A program made the translations under genes and the position numbers. The notes beneath the pieces are model-generated. The model did not search any database. It was given only the letters and a program-made list of their open reading frames with translations, and was not told the origin of the DNA. Below are positions 45,051-54,386 of a stretch of 59,674 bases of DNA, one piece after another (position 1 is the stretch's first letter; each line of letters starts with the position of its first letter). Location: assembly GCA_021159335.1 (NCBI GenBank), contig JAGGRZ010000085.1, positions 1 through 59,674 of the forward strand, given 5' to 3'. The DNA comes from a bacterium. GTDB taxonomy: Bacteria; UBP14; UBA6098; B30-G16.

Positions 45051-46343
45051 ATGGATAAAATGGCCAAAATAGCACTTGGAGCAGCTTTCTTGGGGATTGT
45101 ATTAGTAATTATTTCCTGCGCACCACAGGAAACAGCAATCCAGCAGCCCGAACAAAAAAAGATGACGGCTGAGGACAGCGCAAGAATCGCCCTCGAAATC
45201 AAAAAATACCTATCTTTTGGATTGGAATACTACAAAAACAAGCAATACAACGATGCAATAAGGAACTTTAAAAAGGTCCTTTCCATGGACCCGAGCAACG
45301 AACTTGCACACAAATACCTTGCGGACTCGTATCTTAGGCATCCCGATTCCACTATGATCGACTCCGCTTTCGTTCTCTACTCAAGCGCTATAAAGAAGTT
45401 TCCCAATACTGCGTACTTTTATTCAGGCTATGGATATGTTCTCCACAAAGTCGCAAGGCGATACGCCGACCTCGCCGAGCAGGAGTCCGACTCCGCGAAA
45501 AAGGAAACCCTTCAAAATAAATCGGAAGCCCTTATAGATAGCGCACTCGTCAACTTCCACAAAGCTGTTGAGCTGGACACTGGTGACTATGCGAGTATGA
45601 ATGCGCTCGGAACCATTTATCTCAGCCGTGGTAGACTTGATTCTGCGATGAAGTGGCTCGGAAAATCCGTAGAAATAGATTCCAATCAGGTGGAAATATG
45701 GGACATTCTTGCCAAAATTTATGTCGCCCGTGGGCTTAACAAAGAAGCAGCGCGTGCATACAAGCACCTCCATCGGTTGATGCCTGAAGAATCGGAATAT
45801 TTGCTCAAATACGGTCAATATCTTGCAAAAAGCGGTGACCTCAAGAATTCTTTGGACATACTGAACGAATACATAAACAAAAATCCAAACGACTACCGCG
45901 GCTACCAATATCTTGGGCTTGTTATGGCATTCCAGAAAAACTACAAGGATGCGCTTAGGCAACTCAAAAAAGCCGAAAAACTAAACCCAAAAAGCGTTAA
46001 ACTTATGTGCGACATTGCGTCGGTTTACAAAGACATGAAGAACTATGCTCTCGCGCGCAGATACCTTGCGAAAGCCAAAAAAATAGACCCAAAATTCGGA
46101 TATATATACATAGTTGAGGGCGACATCGTTTACCAACAGGCTATGGACCTCGTTCCCGAATCTGGTGAACTTAATATGGCCGCAAAATGCAAACTGCTAA
46201 CCGCATACAAGATTTACAAAAAAGCGCTTGCTGACCCGAATTGGGCTGGCTTCGCTAAAAGCAAAATGGATTATTTGAAAAAATATCTCCCGACTCGCGA
46301 GGAGATTAAAGCATATGAATTCATGGGAAATAAATGTGAATAA
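45051..46343 (+). CDS. TPR-repeat lipoprotein
   Basis: GGGAGG SD before ATG 45051; lipobox VIISC; multiple TPR units (YYKNKQYNDAIRNFKKVLSMDPSN.., KNYALARRYLAKAKKIDP). Confidence 0.75.
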   Translation: MDKMAKIALGAAFLGIVLVIISCAPQETAIQQPEQKKMTAEDSARIALEIKKYLSFGLEYYKNKQYNDAIRNFKKVLSMDPSNELAHKYLADSYLRHPDSTMIDSAFVLYSSAIKKFPNTAYFYSGYGYVLHKVARRYADLAEQESDSAKKETLQNKSEALIDSALVNFHKAVELDTGDYASMNALGTIYLSRGRLDSAMKWLGKSVEIDSNQVEIWDILAKIYVARGLNKEAARAYKHLHRLMPEESEYLLKYGQYLAKSGDLKNSLDILNEYINKNPNDYRGYQYLGLVMAFQKNYKDALRQLKKAEKLNPKSVKLMCDIASVYKDMKNYALARRYLAKAKKIDPKFGYIYIVEGDIVYQQAMDLVPESGELNMAAKCKLLTAYKIYKKALADPNWAGFAKSKMDYLKKYLPTREEIKAYEFMGNKCE

Positions 46344-46344
46344 C

Positions 46345-47109
46345 ATGAAAAAAACTCGCACATCTATGCTCCTTGCTGTCTTCATGTTCGCAATCTCAGT
46401 ACTTGTGGCAGGTTGTTTTGCCTCAAGCGAGGAAAAGATGCGGCGGAAGGCTATTCCATTTTACAGGGAAGCGCTCGATTACTTCTACGATGGGCAATTT
46501 CCCATAGCAAAGGACAAAGTTCTTCTTGCGATGAAACAATACCCACAATTTGTGGAGGCGCACATTCTTTATCAACGAATTCTTGCTCACGATAAAATGA
46601 CCAAGGAGCTTCTTAAAGAATACCACAAGCTAATGAAAGACCATCCCGGCAATCCTATATACATATACCTTTATGCGCGACTTCTCGACGACCTCGACGA
46701 ACAGGAAAGACTTTATAAACGCATCCTCGACATAGATAAGGACTGCCCGTGGGGTTATTTTGGACTCGGATGGGTCAGCTACAAACGAATGGACTACGCC
46801 ACAGCAGCGGAAAACTTCCAGAAAGCGGTTCAACTTGACCCGAAAAACCCACTGTTCCACCTTAATCTGGGGGCAGTTTACTACCTTATGGGACACAGCC
46901 ACGATGCCACGGACGAAATTCTTAAAGCAACAGAACTTGACCCAAAATTCGCTAATGCATGGTATTCTCTTGCGGCAACATATTATCAGCGCGCTGAATT
47001 CGACAAAGCCGCTGAAGCGCTGCGCAAATACATAAACATTTATCCTGCCGCGCCTGACAGAAGAAAAGTCGAAAAAACCATAATGCAACTAAGCGGTGGG
47101 AAATTGTAA
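46345..47109 (+). CDS. TPR-repeat lipoprotein
   Basis: ATG 46345 lies 1 nt after the upstream stop. MKKTRTSMLLAVFMFAISVLVAGC lipobox; TPR units (YATAAENFQKAVQLDPKNP, HDATDEILKATELDPKF, FDKAAEALRKYINIYP). Confidence 0.75.
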   Translation: MKKTRTSMLLAVFMFAISVLVAGCFASSEEKMRRKAIPFYREALDYFYDGQFPIAKDKVLLAMKQYPQFVEAHILYQRILAHDKMTKELLKEYHKLMKDHPGNPIYIYLYARLLDDLDEQERLYKRILDIDKDCPWGYFGLGWVSYKRMDYATAAENFQKAVQLDPKNPLFHLNLGAVYYLMGHSHDATDEILKATELDPKFANAWYSLAATYYQRAEFDKAAEALRKYINIYPAAPDRRKVEKTIMQLSGGKL

Positions 47110-47145
47110 AACAAAATCGTTCACTTTCAAAAAACAGGAGGGAGA

Positions 47146-48924
47146 ATGAAATTTTGGGTTCTTGCTTCGTTGATTTTGATAAGCATAACACTTGCCGATG
47201 ATGACCCAAGGAAAGTACTTATAGTCTACAACACAGCTTTCCCGGACAGAAATGGAGATGGCATAGGCGACTCCCAAGAAGCAGCAGAATATTATGCCGC
47301 CAAAAGAGGTGTACCAGCAACAAATATTATCGGTCTTCCTTTGCCCAATTCCACATACTTTTCAAACTGGCGACAATTTTATGAGCAACTTGTCGTGCCT
47401 GTCAGAGCAAAGATTGATTCCTTAGGAGAGAGGAACATTTTCTACATTCTGCTTTCGTATGGCATTCCCGAACGAGTGAACACGCCAGCAAGTCCGCGTT
47501 CAATGCGAGGGGTTGACAATGTGCTATGTTTGCCGAGCATGCTCGATTCCGCCGGCACAGTTTTTCCAACATATTGGTATTATAATGTTGCCTACTTCGA
47601 GAGTTCCCCGACTCGTGGCAGCGACAGAGGACACTTTACCGGCAATGAGCGTTTGCTGGGGAACAGACTTTTTCTTGTTACCCGCCTCGATGGGATTGAT
47701 GTCGAATATGCCAAAGGTCTCGTTGACATGGCGCTTTACGGAGAAAAATACATCTACCCCGACTCCGGCTATTACAACGGTATAGGCTATGTAGACACGC
47801 GATATGCGCACTACTCCGATAGCGTGCTTATAAGAGGATATCCATTCGGCTACGGAAGTTACGCGAGGGCTGATTCGTCCATGGCGTTCGGTAAGTTTTT
47901 TGTAGTAGACGCTGGATTCAAATTAATGTGGGAATATCACGAGACCGAGATAGGGGAATCGGGAGCAGTATTCGAGGACGGCACTTCGGCAGAATATGCA
48001 CCCAATGCGCTATGGTATGAGGGTTGGTATAATTACAATAAATATCAGGACGCTTGGGAATGGATACCGGGTTCAGCGGCTTGCGACCTTAATTCCAACT
48101 CAGGCGCTCACATGCGCGATTCACTCGCTCGCTCATTTCTTACCAATGCGTTCAAGCGTGGACTAACATGCGGAGTAGGCTGTGTCGGGGAACCCTATCT
48201 ATCTGGACACGCAAGACCCGAGGTCTTCTTGTATTACATGCTTAATGGATTCAATTTCGCGGAGGCATCCTATCTTTCGCAGCCAGCTTTACTTTGGCGG
48301 GCTATCCACATAGGAGACCCACTTTACAACCCTATGAAACCAAAAACACCGATTATAGATACGATACCACCGCCCATGCCCGCAATAACGCTTACATCCC
48401 GAGGCGACACTGCCAAAATAAAACTCGAGATTCCCACAAGTGCGGACAGACCCGAATTAATGAAAGCAAAAATAATTTATGGTCGCTCTCTTGCAGCATT
48501 AACCGATTCGACAGACTGGACACCATTGTGGCGAACAAGGCAGGAGATTGTGATAACCGGACTTATCCCTGATTCCATGTACTACTTTATCGTGACTATG
48601 AAAGACCCAGTGGGCAACATCAGCACAACAGCGGGCGATTCCTTCATATGTGGACGGGATGGGCTTGTTGGCATAGCTTCGAATGAAAAACTTCCAAAAA
48701 ACATGAGGCTCATTGCTTATCCCAATCCATTTAACACCGCAGTTCGCATAAAAGCCCCTATTGGCGCGACCATATCGATTTATTCAATAGATGGAAGAGT
48801 TGTTGCCACATTCAGCAGGAACGAAATTATATGGCATCCAGAAACCAATTCGAGCGGCGTTTATATAGTAGCCGCCAAAAAGGGAAAGACAGTAAAAAGA
48901 ATTAAAATAATGCACATAAAATAA
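47146..48924 (+). CDS. Secreted protein (N-terminal domain possibly TIGR03790-like), Fn3-like module and T9SS-type C-terminal sorting domain
   Basis: Signal peptide; KVLIVYNTAFPDRNGDGIGDSQEAAEYYAAKRGVPATNIIGL recalls the TIGR03790 family N-terminus (from memory, unverified); Fn3-like YYFIVTMKDPVGNIS; tail IAYPNPFNTAVRIKAP..ISIYSIDGRVV..IIWHP..SSGVYIVAA. Confidence 0.65.
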   Translation: MKFWVLASLILISITLADDDPRKVLIVYNTAFPDRNGDGIGDSQEAAEYYAAKRGVPATNIIGLPLPNSTYFSNWRQFYEQLVVPVRAKIDSLGERNIFYILLSYGIPERVNTPASPRSMRGVDNVLCLPSMLDSAGTVFPTYWYYNVAYFESSPTRGSDRGHFTGNERLLGNRLFLVTRLDGIDVEYAKGLVDMALYGEKYIYPDSGYYNGIGYVDTRYAHYSDSVLIRGYPFGYGSYARADSSMAFGKFFVVDAGFKLMWEYHETEIGESGAVFEDGTSAEYAPNALWYEGWYNYNKYQDAWEWIPGSAACDLNSNSGAHMRDSLARSFLTNAFKRGLTCGVGCVGEPYLSGHARPEVFLYYMLNGFNFAEASYLSQPALLWRAIHIGDPLYNPMKPKTPIIDTIPPPMPAITLTSRGDTAKIKLEIPTSADRPELMKAKIIYGRSLAALTDSTDWTPLWRTRQEIVITGLIPDSMYYFIVTMKDPVGNISTTAGDSFICGRDGLVGIASNEKLPKNMRLIAYPNPFNTAVRIKAPIGATISIYSIDGRVVATFSRNEIIWHPETNSSGVYIVAAKKGKTVKRIKIMHIK

Positions 48925-48940
48925 CGCATAAGTAAAAGCA

Positions 48941-50581
48941 ATGATGAGAAAAGTAGCTATTATTCTCATGTTAGCACTCGGAGCAGTTTTTGGGCAGGTC
49001 TCAGACATCTCCCTAAGACTTCCGAAGGAATTCTTAAACGAGCATCACTCAGCGACCAACGCTAATGTCAGGATGCACTTTCACTTTGATTATCAAGACA
49101 CGCTGAACGACTCCGCCTCACTTTCTGTCGACGGCGCTATAGTTTATGTTTCCGTGGATACAGGTTCCACATGGATTGCATGCACAGCAGCAGTAATCGG
49201 AACGCTTGGATACGACTCCACATATCATGCTACCTACGATTCCAATCCACCATCTGGACAGGTTCTCTACTATTACAAAATGTGGGACGATAGCAGCGTT
49301 ACTTTCTGGACACCGTGCAATACTGAGGACAGTTTTCCACCACCGCCAAACCTTCTCGTGCACATAATGCTTGACCCAGCGAACGACGCTGATTCGGTTA
49401 AGCTCCCTTACAGCAGCGGAAAGAATTATTACATATGCACAAACCTCAGAAACTACTGGGTCGGATACTCAACGGAGAAGTGCTACGAAAAAATAACAGT
49501 ACAGGGTGGCGGATTCCCTCATAGCCACTCAGTAACGGTTACCAACCCCAACAGCTGCCCCTCGTGGGCGCCATACAGAAATATATCCATAACAATCTAT
49601 CACATGTACATTTTCCCCATATACAACCCCAACGCACTTTACCCTGACTCCATATTTTACGCAGCGGTTAAAGGCAATGTTAATATAACATTTCTTGGAG
49701 TGGGCGTTCATGTCTACACCGGGCTTTACAAAATAACCAAACCCGGTCCGGGAGCCTCTACAAGCGACTATCTTTCAGCATACACACGAATAGGAGATAT
49801 CGATACATTCGTTTCAGGGGATACGCTGGTCATAAGCTTTAACTGGGACTCACTAACCTCAGACAGTGCCTTCGGTGACCTCGACTCCTCCGACTTCGTC
49901 GTTCTGGGATGCGGTATAGCATCATTTTACATATTCAACAGCGACCCAAGTTGCTGGTTGCCATCAATACCCGATACATACTATTATGTTCTTAACGACG
50001 CCTCAAAATCGGCGGGTATGTATCTTCGCTCAGGATGTTATACCGTAGCACCATCTGATTCACCCTCATTAAATAACTACTACGCTTCACTTACCGATTC
50101 TGGCACTACATTTTTCTGCACCTATTACGACCCTAACGATGACATTCCGGTAATAAGGCAGGTCATAGTTGGAACCGATACATTCGACATGGGCTCAACA
50201 GATCATTCATATCAGGATAGCGCACAATTCGTCGTGGCAACGGATAGCTTTACTTCTGGCAGCACATTTTATTTCCGCTTTTCCGATGGCGCCAATGTCG
50301 TGACCACAGACACATTAACACTTAGGGTAAGCGAAAATAGCGAAAGACCAGATAATTTTAGCATAGAAGTAATCCCAAACCCATTCAACAGAAGCTGCAA
50401 AATAATCAATCCAACAGGATGTTCACTAAGAATTCTCGACATCAGCGGACACATTGTAGCAAAACTTTCAGGGGAGGAAATTACATGGCAACCCCAGCCA
50501 GACCTTCCAAGCGGGATTTACTTTATCGAAGCAAAACACAGTGGTAAAACATTGATTAAACGGCTTGTGTTGCTGAAATGA
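48941..50581 (+). CDS. Secreted protein of unknown function with T9SS-type C-terminal sorting domain
   Basis: Signal peptide MMRKVAIILMLALGAVFGQ. The tail reads VIPNPFNRSCKIINP..LRILDISGHIV..ITWQPQPDLPSGIYFIEA. The body has no motif I recognise. Confidence 0.7.
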   Translation: MMRKVAIILMLALGAVFGQVSDISLRLPKEFLNEHHSATNANVRMHFHFDYQDTLNDSASLSVDGAIVYVSVDTGSTWIACTAAVIGTLGYDSTYHATYDSNPPSGQVLYYYKMWDDSSVTFWTPCNTEDSFPPPPNLLVHIMLDPANDADSVKLPYSSGKNYYICTNLRNYWVGYSTEKCYEKITVQGGGFPHSHSVTVTNPNSCPSWAPYRNISITIYHMYIFPIYNPNALYPDSIFYAAVKGNVNITFLGVGVHVYTGLYKITKPGPGASTSDYLSAYTRIGDIDTFVSGDTLVISFNWDSLTSDSAFGDLDSSDFVVLGCGIASFYIFNSDPSCWLPSIPDTYYYVLNDASKSAGMYLRSGCYTVAPSDSPSLNNYYASLTDSGTTFFCTYYDPNDDIPVIRQVIVGTDTFDMGSTDHSYQDSAQFVVATDSFTSGSTFYFRFSDGANVVTTDTLTLRVSENSERPDNFSIEVIPNPFNRSCKIINPTGCSLRILDISGHIVAKLSGEEITWQPQPDLPSGIYFIEAKHSGKTLIKRLVLLK

Positions 50582-50988
50582 TGGAATTTGAGGAAATTTG
50601 TTATAAACCTATAGGAGTAATTCATTCGTCATTCAAATCCACCGATGAAACACCCTATCAGCCTTACGCAGGCTCTGAATTTACTGCCTGGGTGGAAATT
50701 TACAAGCCTTACATCGAAGCTATCGAAGGGCTCGAGAGACATAAAATGATAATTTTGGTCTGCCATCTCCATGAAGTTAAAGAAAAACCTTTGAAGGTTA
50801 TCCCACGCAATAAATCTTCTGTGCAGGGCGTTTTTTCCACACGCTCACCTCGACGACCCAACCCAATCGCTATTTCGAAAGTAGAGCTTGTAGAAGTAAA
50901 GGACAACAAAGTCATCTTTCGCGGTGTCGACCTTATCGACGGAACGCCGGTTCTGGACATAAAGCCTGCTTTGGATGAAAAGTTTTAA
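50578..50988 (+). CDS. trmO: TrmO/TsaA (YaeB) family tRNA methyltransferase
   Basis: IGVIHSSFKS..TPYQP, GVFSTRSPRRPNPIAIS and GVDLIDGTPVLDIKP motifs. It overlaps the upstream stop (ATGA). Confidence 0.8.
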   Translation: MMEFEEICYKPIGVIHSSFKSTDETPYQPYAGSEFTAWVEIYKPYIEAIEGLERHKMIILVCHLHEVKEKPLKVIPRNKSSVQGVFSTRSPRRPNPIAISKVELVEVKDNKVIFRGVDLIDGTPVLDIKPALDEKF

Positions 50989-51051
50989 AATTAGTGGTTG
51001 CGCTTGCTGGTTTGCGAAATATTTTCCAACATAGACAGAAGGAGGATAAAC

Positions 51052-51759
51052 ATGTGCGAGCATTGCGGAAATCATAATAATAGCCACGAAAAAGAGAGCG
51101 TTGCGAGTTTCACGATAAACAAGGATATACTAAGCAAAAATGCCGAGATAGCTGCCCACAACAGGGAAATGCTTGACCGATTTGGAATAACGATGATAAA
51201 CATAGTTGGGTCACCAGGTTCCGGCAAAACAACGCTGCTTGAGAAAACCATTCCCGCGATAAAGAACGAAATAAAAGTTGCAGTCATCGAGGGCGATGTT
51301 GAGACCAGCAACGATAAGGAAAGAATAGAGAAACTTGGGATACCTTGCTATCAAATAAACACTCACGGCGCCTGTCACCTTGAAGCGGAAATGGTTCATA
51401 AGGCTTTGCACGAACTTTGTCTTGACGAAAGCTACAATCTTGTCTTTGTCGAAAATGTTGGCAACTTAATTTGTCCCGCCGACTTCCCTCTTGGGGAGGA
51501 TTTCCGAGTCGTGGTTCTATCCACCGCCGAGGGAGATGATAAGCCCGAAAAGTATCCGGAAATTTTCTTTGGCTCGGACGCTGTCATTCTTTCCAAAACA
51601 GACCTTATCGAGCACCTCGATTTCGACCTTGATAAATGCAGGGAAAGACTTCTGCGTGTGAACCCTAAAGCTAAGCTGATAACTCTATCAGCTAAAAACG
51701 GAAAGGGAATAGATGAGTGGTTATCGTGGCTTTCATGGGCGATAACGAAACCCCGCTGA
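51052..51759 (+). CDS. hypB: Hydrogenase/nickel-enzyme maturation GTPase HypB
   Basis: GGAGG SD before ATG 51052; N-terminal metal site MCEHCGNH; P-loop GSPGSGKTTLL; ENVGNLICPADF; SKTDL. Confidence 0.88.
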   Translation: MCEHCGNHNNSHEKESVASFTINKDILSKNAEIAAHNREMLDRFGITMINIVGSPGSGKTTLLEKTIPAIKNEIKVAVIEGDVETSNDKERIEKLGIPCYQINTHGACHLEAEMVHKALHELCLDESYNLVFVENVGNLICPADFPLGEDFRVVVLSTAEGDDKPEKYPEIFFGSDAVILSKTDLIEHLDFDLDKCRERLLRVNPKAKLITLSAKNGKGIDEWLSWLSWAITKPR

Positions 51760-52003
51760 TTGTGGATAATACTTAGTTTTGGCGCTACTTAGAATTTTAG
51801 GAAATATGAATAAAGTTTGAAATAATCTATTATTCGAAGAAGAATCGGGTAAATGTAGCAGGGAGAACACGAAATGATGCTAATTCAATAATTTTTCCAG
51901 AACAAATAAGTGTTAATAAAAACGATTATTTTTTATTGACATCTAAAAAATTTAAACTTTTATGAATGGTTAGTCATTATGTGAACAAGCAGTTATATAT
52001 GCG

Positions 52004-52465
52004 ATGAAATTTTGGCACATAATAACATTGGTTGGGATTCATCTGATATTAGGCAAAAAGGCTTCATTCCCCTACGGCGCCGCGGTCGGAATAAACACAT
52101 TGGATATCTCGCTGATTGTGATTATCACTGACTTTCTGGAGATCCCCTTTTACAATATGGTTTTTACAGGTGCAACCGACAAGATAAAATTGCTCAAATG
52201 GCTCCACAACAAACTGGACTACAGAAAATCAAAGCTTTCCGAGAAAAAAATATATTGGTGGTTTCGCAGAGCAGGTGAGTTTGGCGTATTTCTGATAACG
52301 GTAATCCCCGGGGCAGGTGGAGTTCAAACCGGAACGCTTTTAGCTCATTCGCTTCATATGAAAAAGTCAAAATCATATCCGATACTCGCGGTGGGCTCTG
52401 TGGTGGGATGTATAATATTTGCTCTCGGGTTTAAGGGACTACTTAAACTAATAGGGTTGAAATGA
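52004..52465 (+). CDS. Small polytopic membrane protein (possibly COG2426 / small multidrug-export-like family)
   Basis: Four hydrophobic segments and a VIPGAGGVQTGTLLA motif reminiscent of that family. First gene of a three-gene overlapping cluster. Confidence 0.45.
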   Translation: MKFWHIITLVGIHLILGKKASFPYGAAVGINTLDISLIVIITDFLEIPFYNMVFTGATDKIKLLKWLHNKLDYRKSKLSEKKIYWWFRRAGEFGVFLITVIPGAGGVQTGTLLAHSLHMKKSKSYPILAVGSVVGCIIFALGFKGLLKLIGLK

Positions 52466-53064
52466 ATTTTATCTCTACATACGCAAAAATATGCGAATCA
52501 GCGGTAAAACCTTTGTCAAAAATTGGAATCACGCCCTCAACAATAACAATGCTGTCACTTTTTTTCGGGTTGATATCAGGTTTTCTCATCTACCGGGGAA
52601 ACTTTATCGCTGCATTGGTATTTCTGCTATTTTCAGGAATCTTTGATAGTTTTGACGGTGCACTGGCAAGGGTCTCTGGGCGCACAACAAAATTCGGTGC
52701 CGTTCTTGACTCTACTGTTGACAGGATCGTGGAGTTCAGTCTTGTTATGGGAATTTTCCTGTTTATTTCGCACACATCACCTCAAAATACCCTAAAAGCA
52801 GCGGTATTATCAATGATTGCATATTCCGCATCGGTATGGGTCAGCTATGTCAAAGCCCGAGCGGAAGGCGTCGGAGTATCGCCTGCAGTGGGAATTCTCC
52901 AGCGAAGACACAGAATAGCTTTGTTTTCTCTAACTCTTCTTCTGTCAGCGATTCTAAAAAATTGGGCAGTAACAACATTTTTTTATCTTCTTTACATCCT
53001 TACTGCAGGATGTATGATAACATTATTTCAACGGCTTTTGAGAACAAAAAAACTTCTCCAATAG
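52462..53064 (+). CDS. CDP-alcohol phosphatidyltransferase, likely phosphatidylinositol-phosphate synthase type
   Basis: Signature D-G-x2-A-R-x8-G-x3-D-x3-D (FDSFDGALARVSGRTTKFGAVLDSTVDRIVE). A 200-aa membrane protein that overlaps the upstream stop and lies 10 nt upstream of ino1. Confidence 0.8.
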   Translation: MNFISTYAKICESAVKPLSKIGITPSTITMLSLFFGLISGFLIYRGNFIAALVFLLFSGIFDSFDGALARVSGRTTKFGAVLDSTVDRIVEFSLVMGIFLFISHTSPQNTLKAAVLSMIAYSASVWVSYVKARAEGVGVSPAVGILQRRHRIALFSLTLLLSAILKNWAVTTFFYLLYILTAGCMITLFQRLLRTKKLLQ

Positions 53065-53074
53065 GAGGTGACAA

Positions 53075-54184
53075 ATGGATTCAGAGGTCCGTGTGGCAAT
53101 CGTGGGCGTTGGGAACTGCGCAAGTTCACTCGTGCAGGGAGTGTTTTACTACCAGAACGCCGGAGATGAGGAGTTCATCCCGGGGTTAATGCATCCCAAT
53201 TTAGGCGGGATAAGAATCAAGGACATCAAATTTGTGGCAGCCTTTGATGTGAACTCCACAAAGGTCGGCAAGGACCTCTCCGAGGCGATTTTCGCTCCAC
53301 CAAACAACACCACAATCTTCCACCGTGATGTGCCGAACCTCGGCGTCCCGGTTATGAAGGGTTATGTGGGCGACGGAATCGGAGAATACCTCAAGGATGT
53401 GGTCAAAATCGCTCCCGGCGACCCGGTGGATGTGAGGCGTGTTCTTGAGGAAACCCGGGCAGATGTGCTGATAAACTACCTTCCCGTAGGCTCGGAGGAG
53501 GCGACAAAGTGGTATATCCAGCAGGCGCTTGATGCCGGCGTGGCGGTGGTCAACGCCATCCCGGTGTTCATCGCCAGAGACCCGCAGTGGCGGCAGAAAT
53601 TTGAGGAGAAAAACGTCCCTATAATAGGCGATGACATAAAATCGCAGGTGGGAGCGACAATTCTTCACAGAACGCTGGTGAATCTATTCATCGCCCGGGG
53701 GATGATTGTTGACAGGACCTATCAGTTAAATGTGGGCGGGAATACCGACTTTCTGAATATGCTTGAGCGCAAGCGGCTCTCAACAAAGAGAGTCTCCAAA
53801 ACTTACGCCGTCACCTCGCAATTTGAGCGCGCAGGGATACAAATCCCCGAGGAGAATGTGTATATAGGTCCATCGGACTATGTGTCGTGGCTGAAGGACA
53901 ATAAGGTGGCATACATAAGGATAGAGGGACGGCATTTCGGTGATGTGCCGATGACCCTTGAGTGCCGGCTGTCGGTTGAGGATTCGCCGAACTCCGCCGG
54001 CGTGGTCATTGACGCAATAAGACTTCTGAAACTGGCGAAATTAGCAGGCATCGGCGGCGCCCTTGAGGGACCATCAGCATACCTGATGAAATCGCCACCC
54101 GTCCAACATGACGACGAAACAGCCCGCAAAATGGTGGAGGATTTCATAAAAAAACACAGAATTGTAAAGAATACAAAGCAATGA
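53075..54184 (+). CDS. ino1: myo-Inositol-1-phosphate (inositol-3-phosphate) synthase
   Basis: [18 protein letters not shown] Rossmann N-terminus, [13 protein letters not shown] and [11 protein letters not shown] motifs; short prokaryotic type of 369 aa. Confidence 0.9.
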   Translation: MDSEVRVAIVGVGNCASSLVQGVFYYQNAGDEEFIPGLMHPNLGGIRIKDIKFVAAFDVNSTKVGKDLSEAIFAPPNNTTIFHRDVPNLGVPVMKGYVGDGIGEYLKDVVKIAPGDPVDVRRVLEETRADVLINYLPVGSEEATKWYIQQALDAGVAVVNAIPVFIARDPQWRQKFEEKNVPIIGDDIKSQVGATILHRTLVNLFIARGMIVDRTYQLNVGGNTDFLNMLERKRLSTKRVSKTYAVTSQFERAGIQIPEENVYIGPSDYVSWLKDNKVAYIRIEGRHFGDVPMTLECRLSVEDSPNSAGVVIDAIRLLKLAKLAGIGGALEGPSAYLMKSPPVQHDDETARKMVEDFIKKHRIVKNTKQ

Positions 54185-54268
54185 ACACCGTTTTTAAGGA
54201 AAATCCCAATTGTATCTTTTCGCAGGGTAGTATCGTAGTAAATATGTCATAAGGAATTAATTTTTTTC

Positions 54269-54296
54269 TTGACAAGTTTTTTGGCATTAATATTTT
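54269..54296 (+). promoter_or_regulatory. Promoter-like element (TTGACA-N16-TATTTT) in the ino1/PPIase convergent gap
   Basis: TTGACA at 54269-54274 and TATTTT at 54291-54296, about 35 nt upstream of a strong terminator hairpin. Confidence 0.3.
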
Positions 54297-54302
54297 CTAC
54301 AT

Positions 54303-54357
54303 TCCCCTCCTGTCCCACCCCCCTGATATGGAGCGCGGGTTTATCCCGCGCTTTTTT
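54303..54357 (+). ncRNA. Candidate ~55-nt small RNA: C-rich 5' segment plus intrinsic terminator
   Basis: The predicted transcript is UCCCCUCCUGUCCCACCCCCCUGAUAUGG followed by the hairpin AGCGCGGG-UUUAU-CCCGCGCU and a U tract. It has no coding potential. Confidence 0.25.
54332..54357 (+). terminator. Rho-independent terminator (plus-strand orientation)
   Basis: AGCGCGGG (54332-54339), loop TTTAT, CCCGCGCT (54345-54352), then TTTTT. The T tract is present only on the plus strand. Confidence 0.65.
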
Positions 54358-54386
54358 ATTATTAAATGTTTTTTATTGGAAACGCA

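Noticed and set aside
45423-45962. 179-aa minus-strand ORF
   Set aside because: It is antisense inside the TPR lipoprotein gene, whose frame has clear TPR repeats and a lipobox. It is a shadow ORF.
51761-51769. Perfect DnaA box (TGTGGATAA) next to a 245-bp AT-rich gap, considered as oriC
   Set aside because: A single 9-mer match is expected by chance at about this frequency in 60 kb on both strands. I see no cluster of further boxes, and neither dnaA nor dnaN is adjacent.
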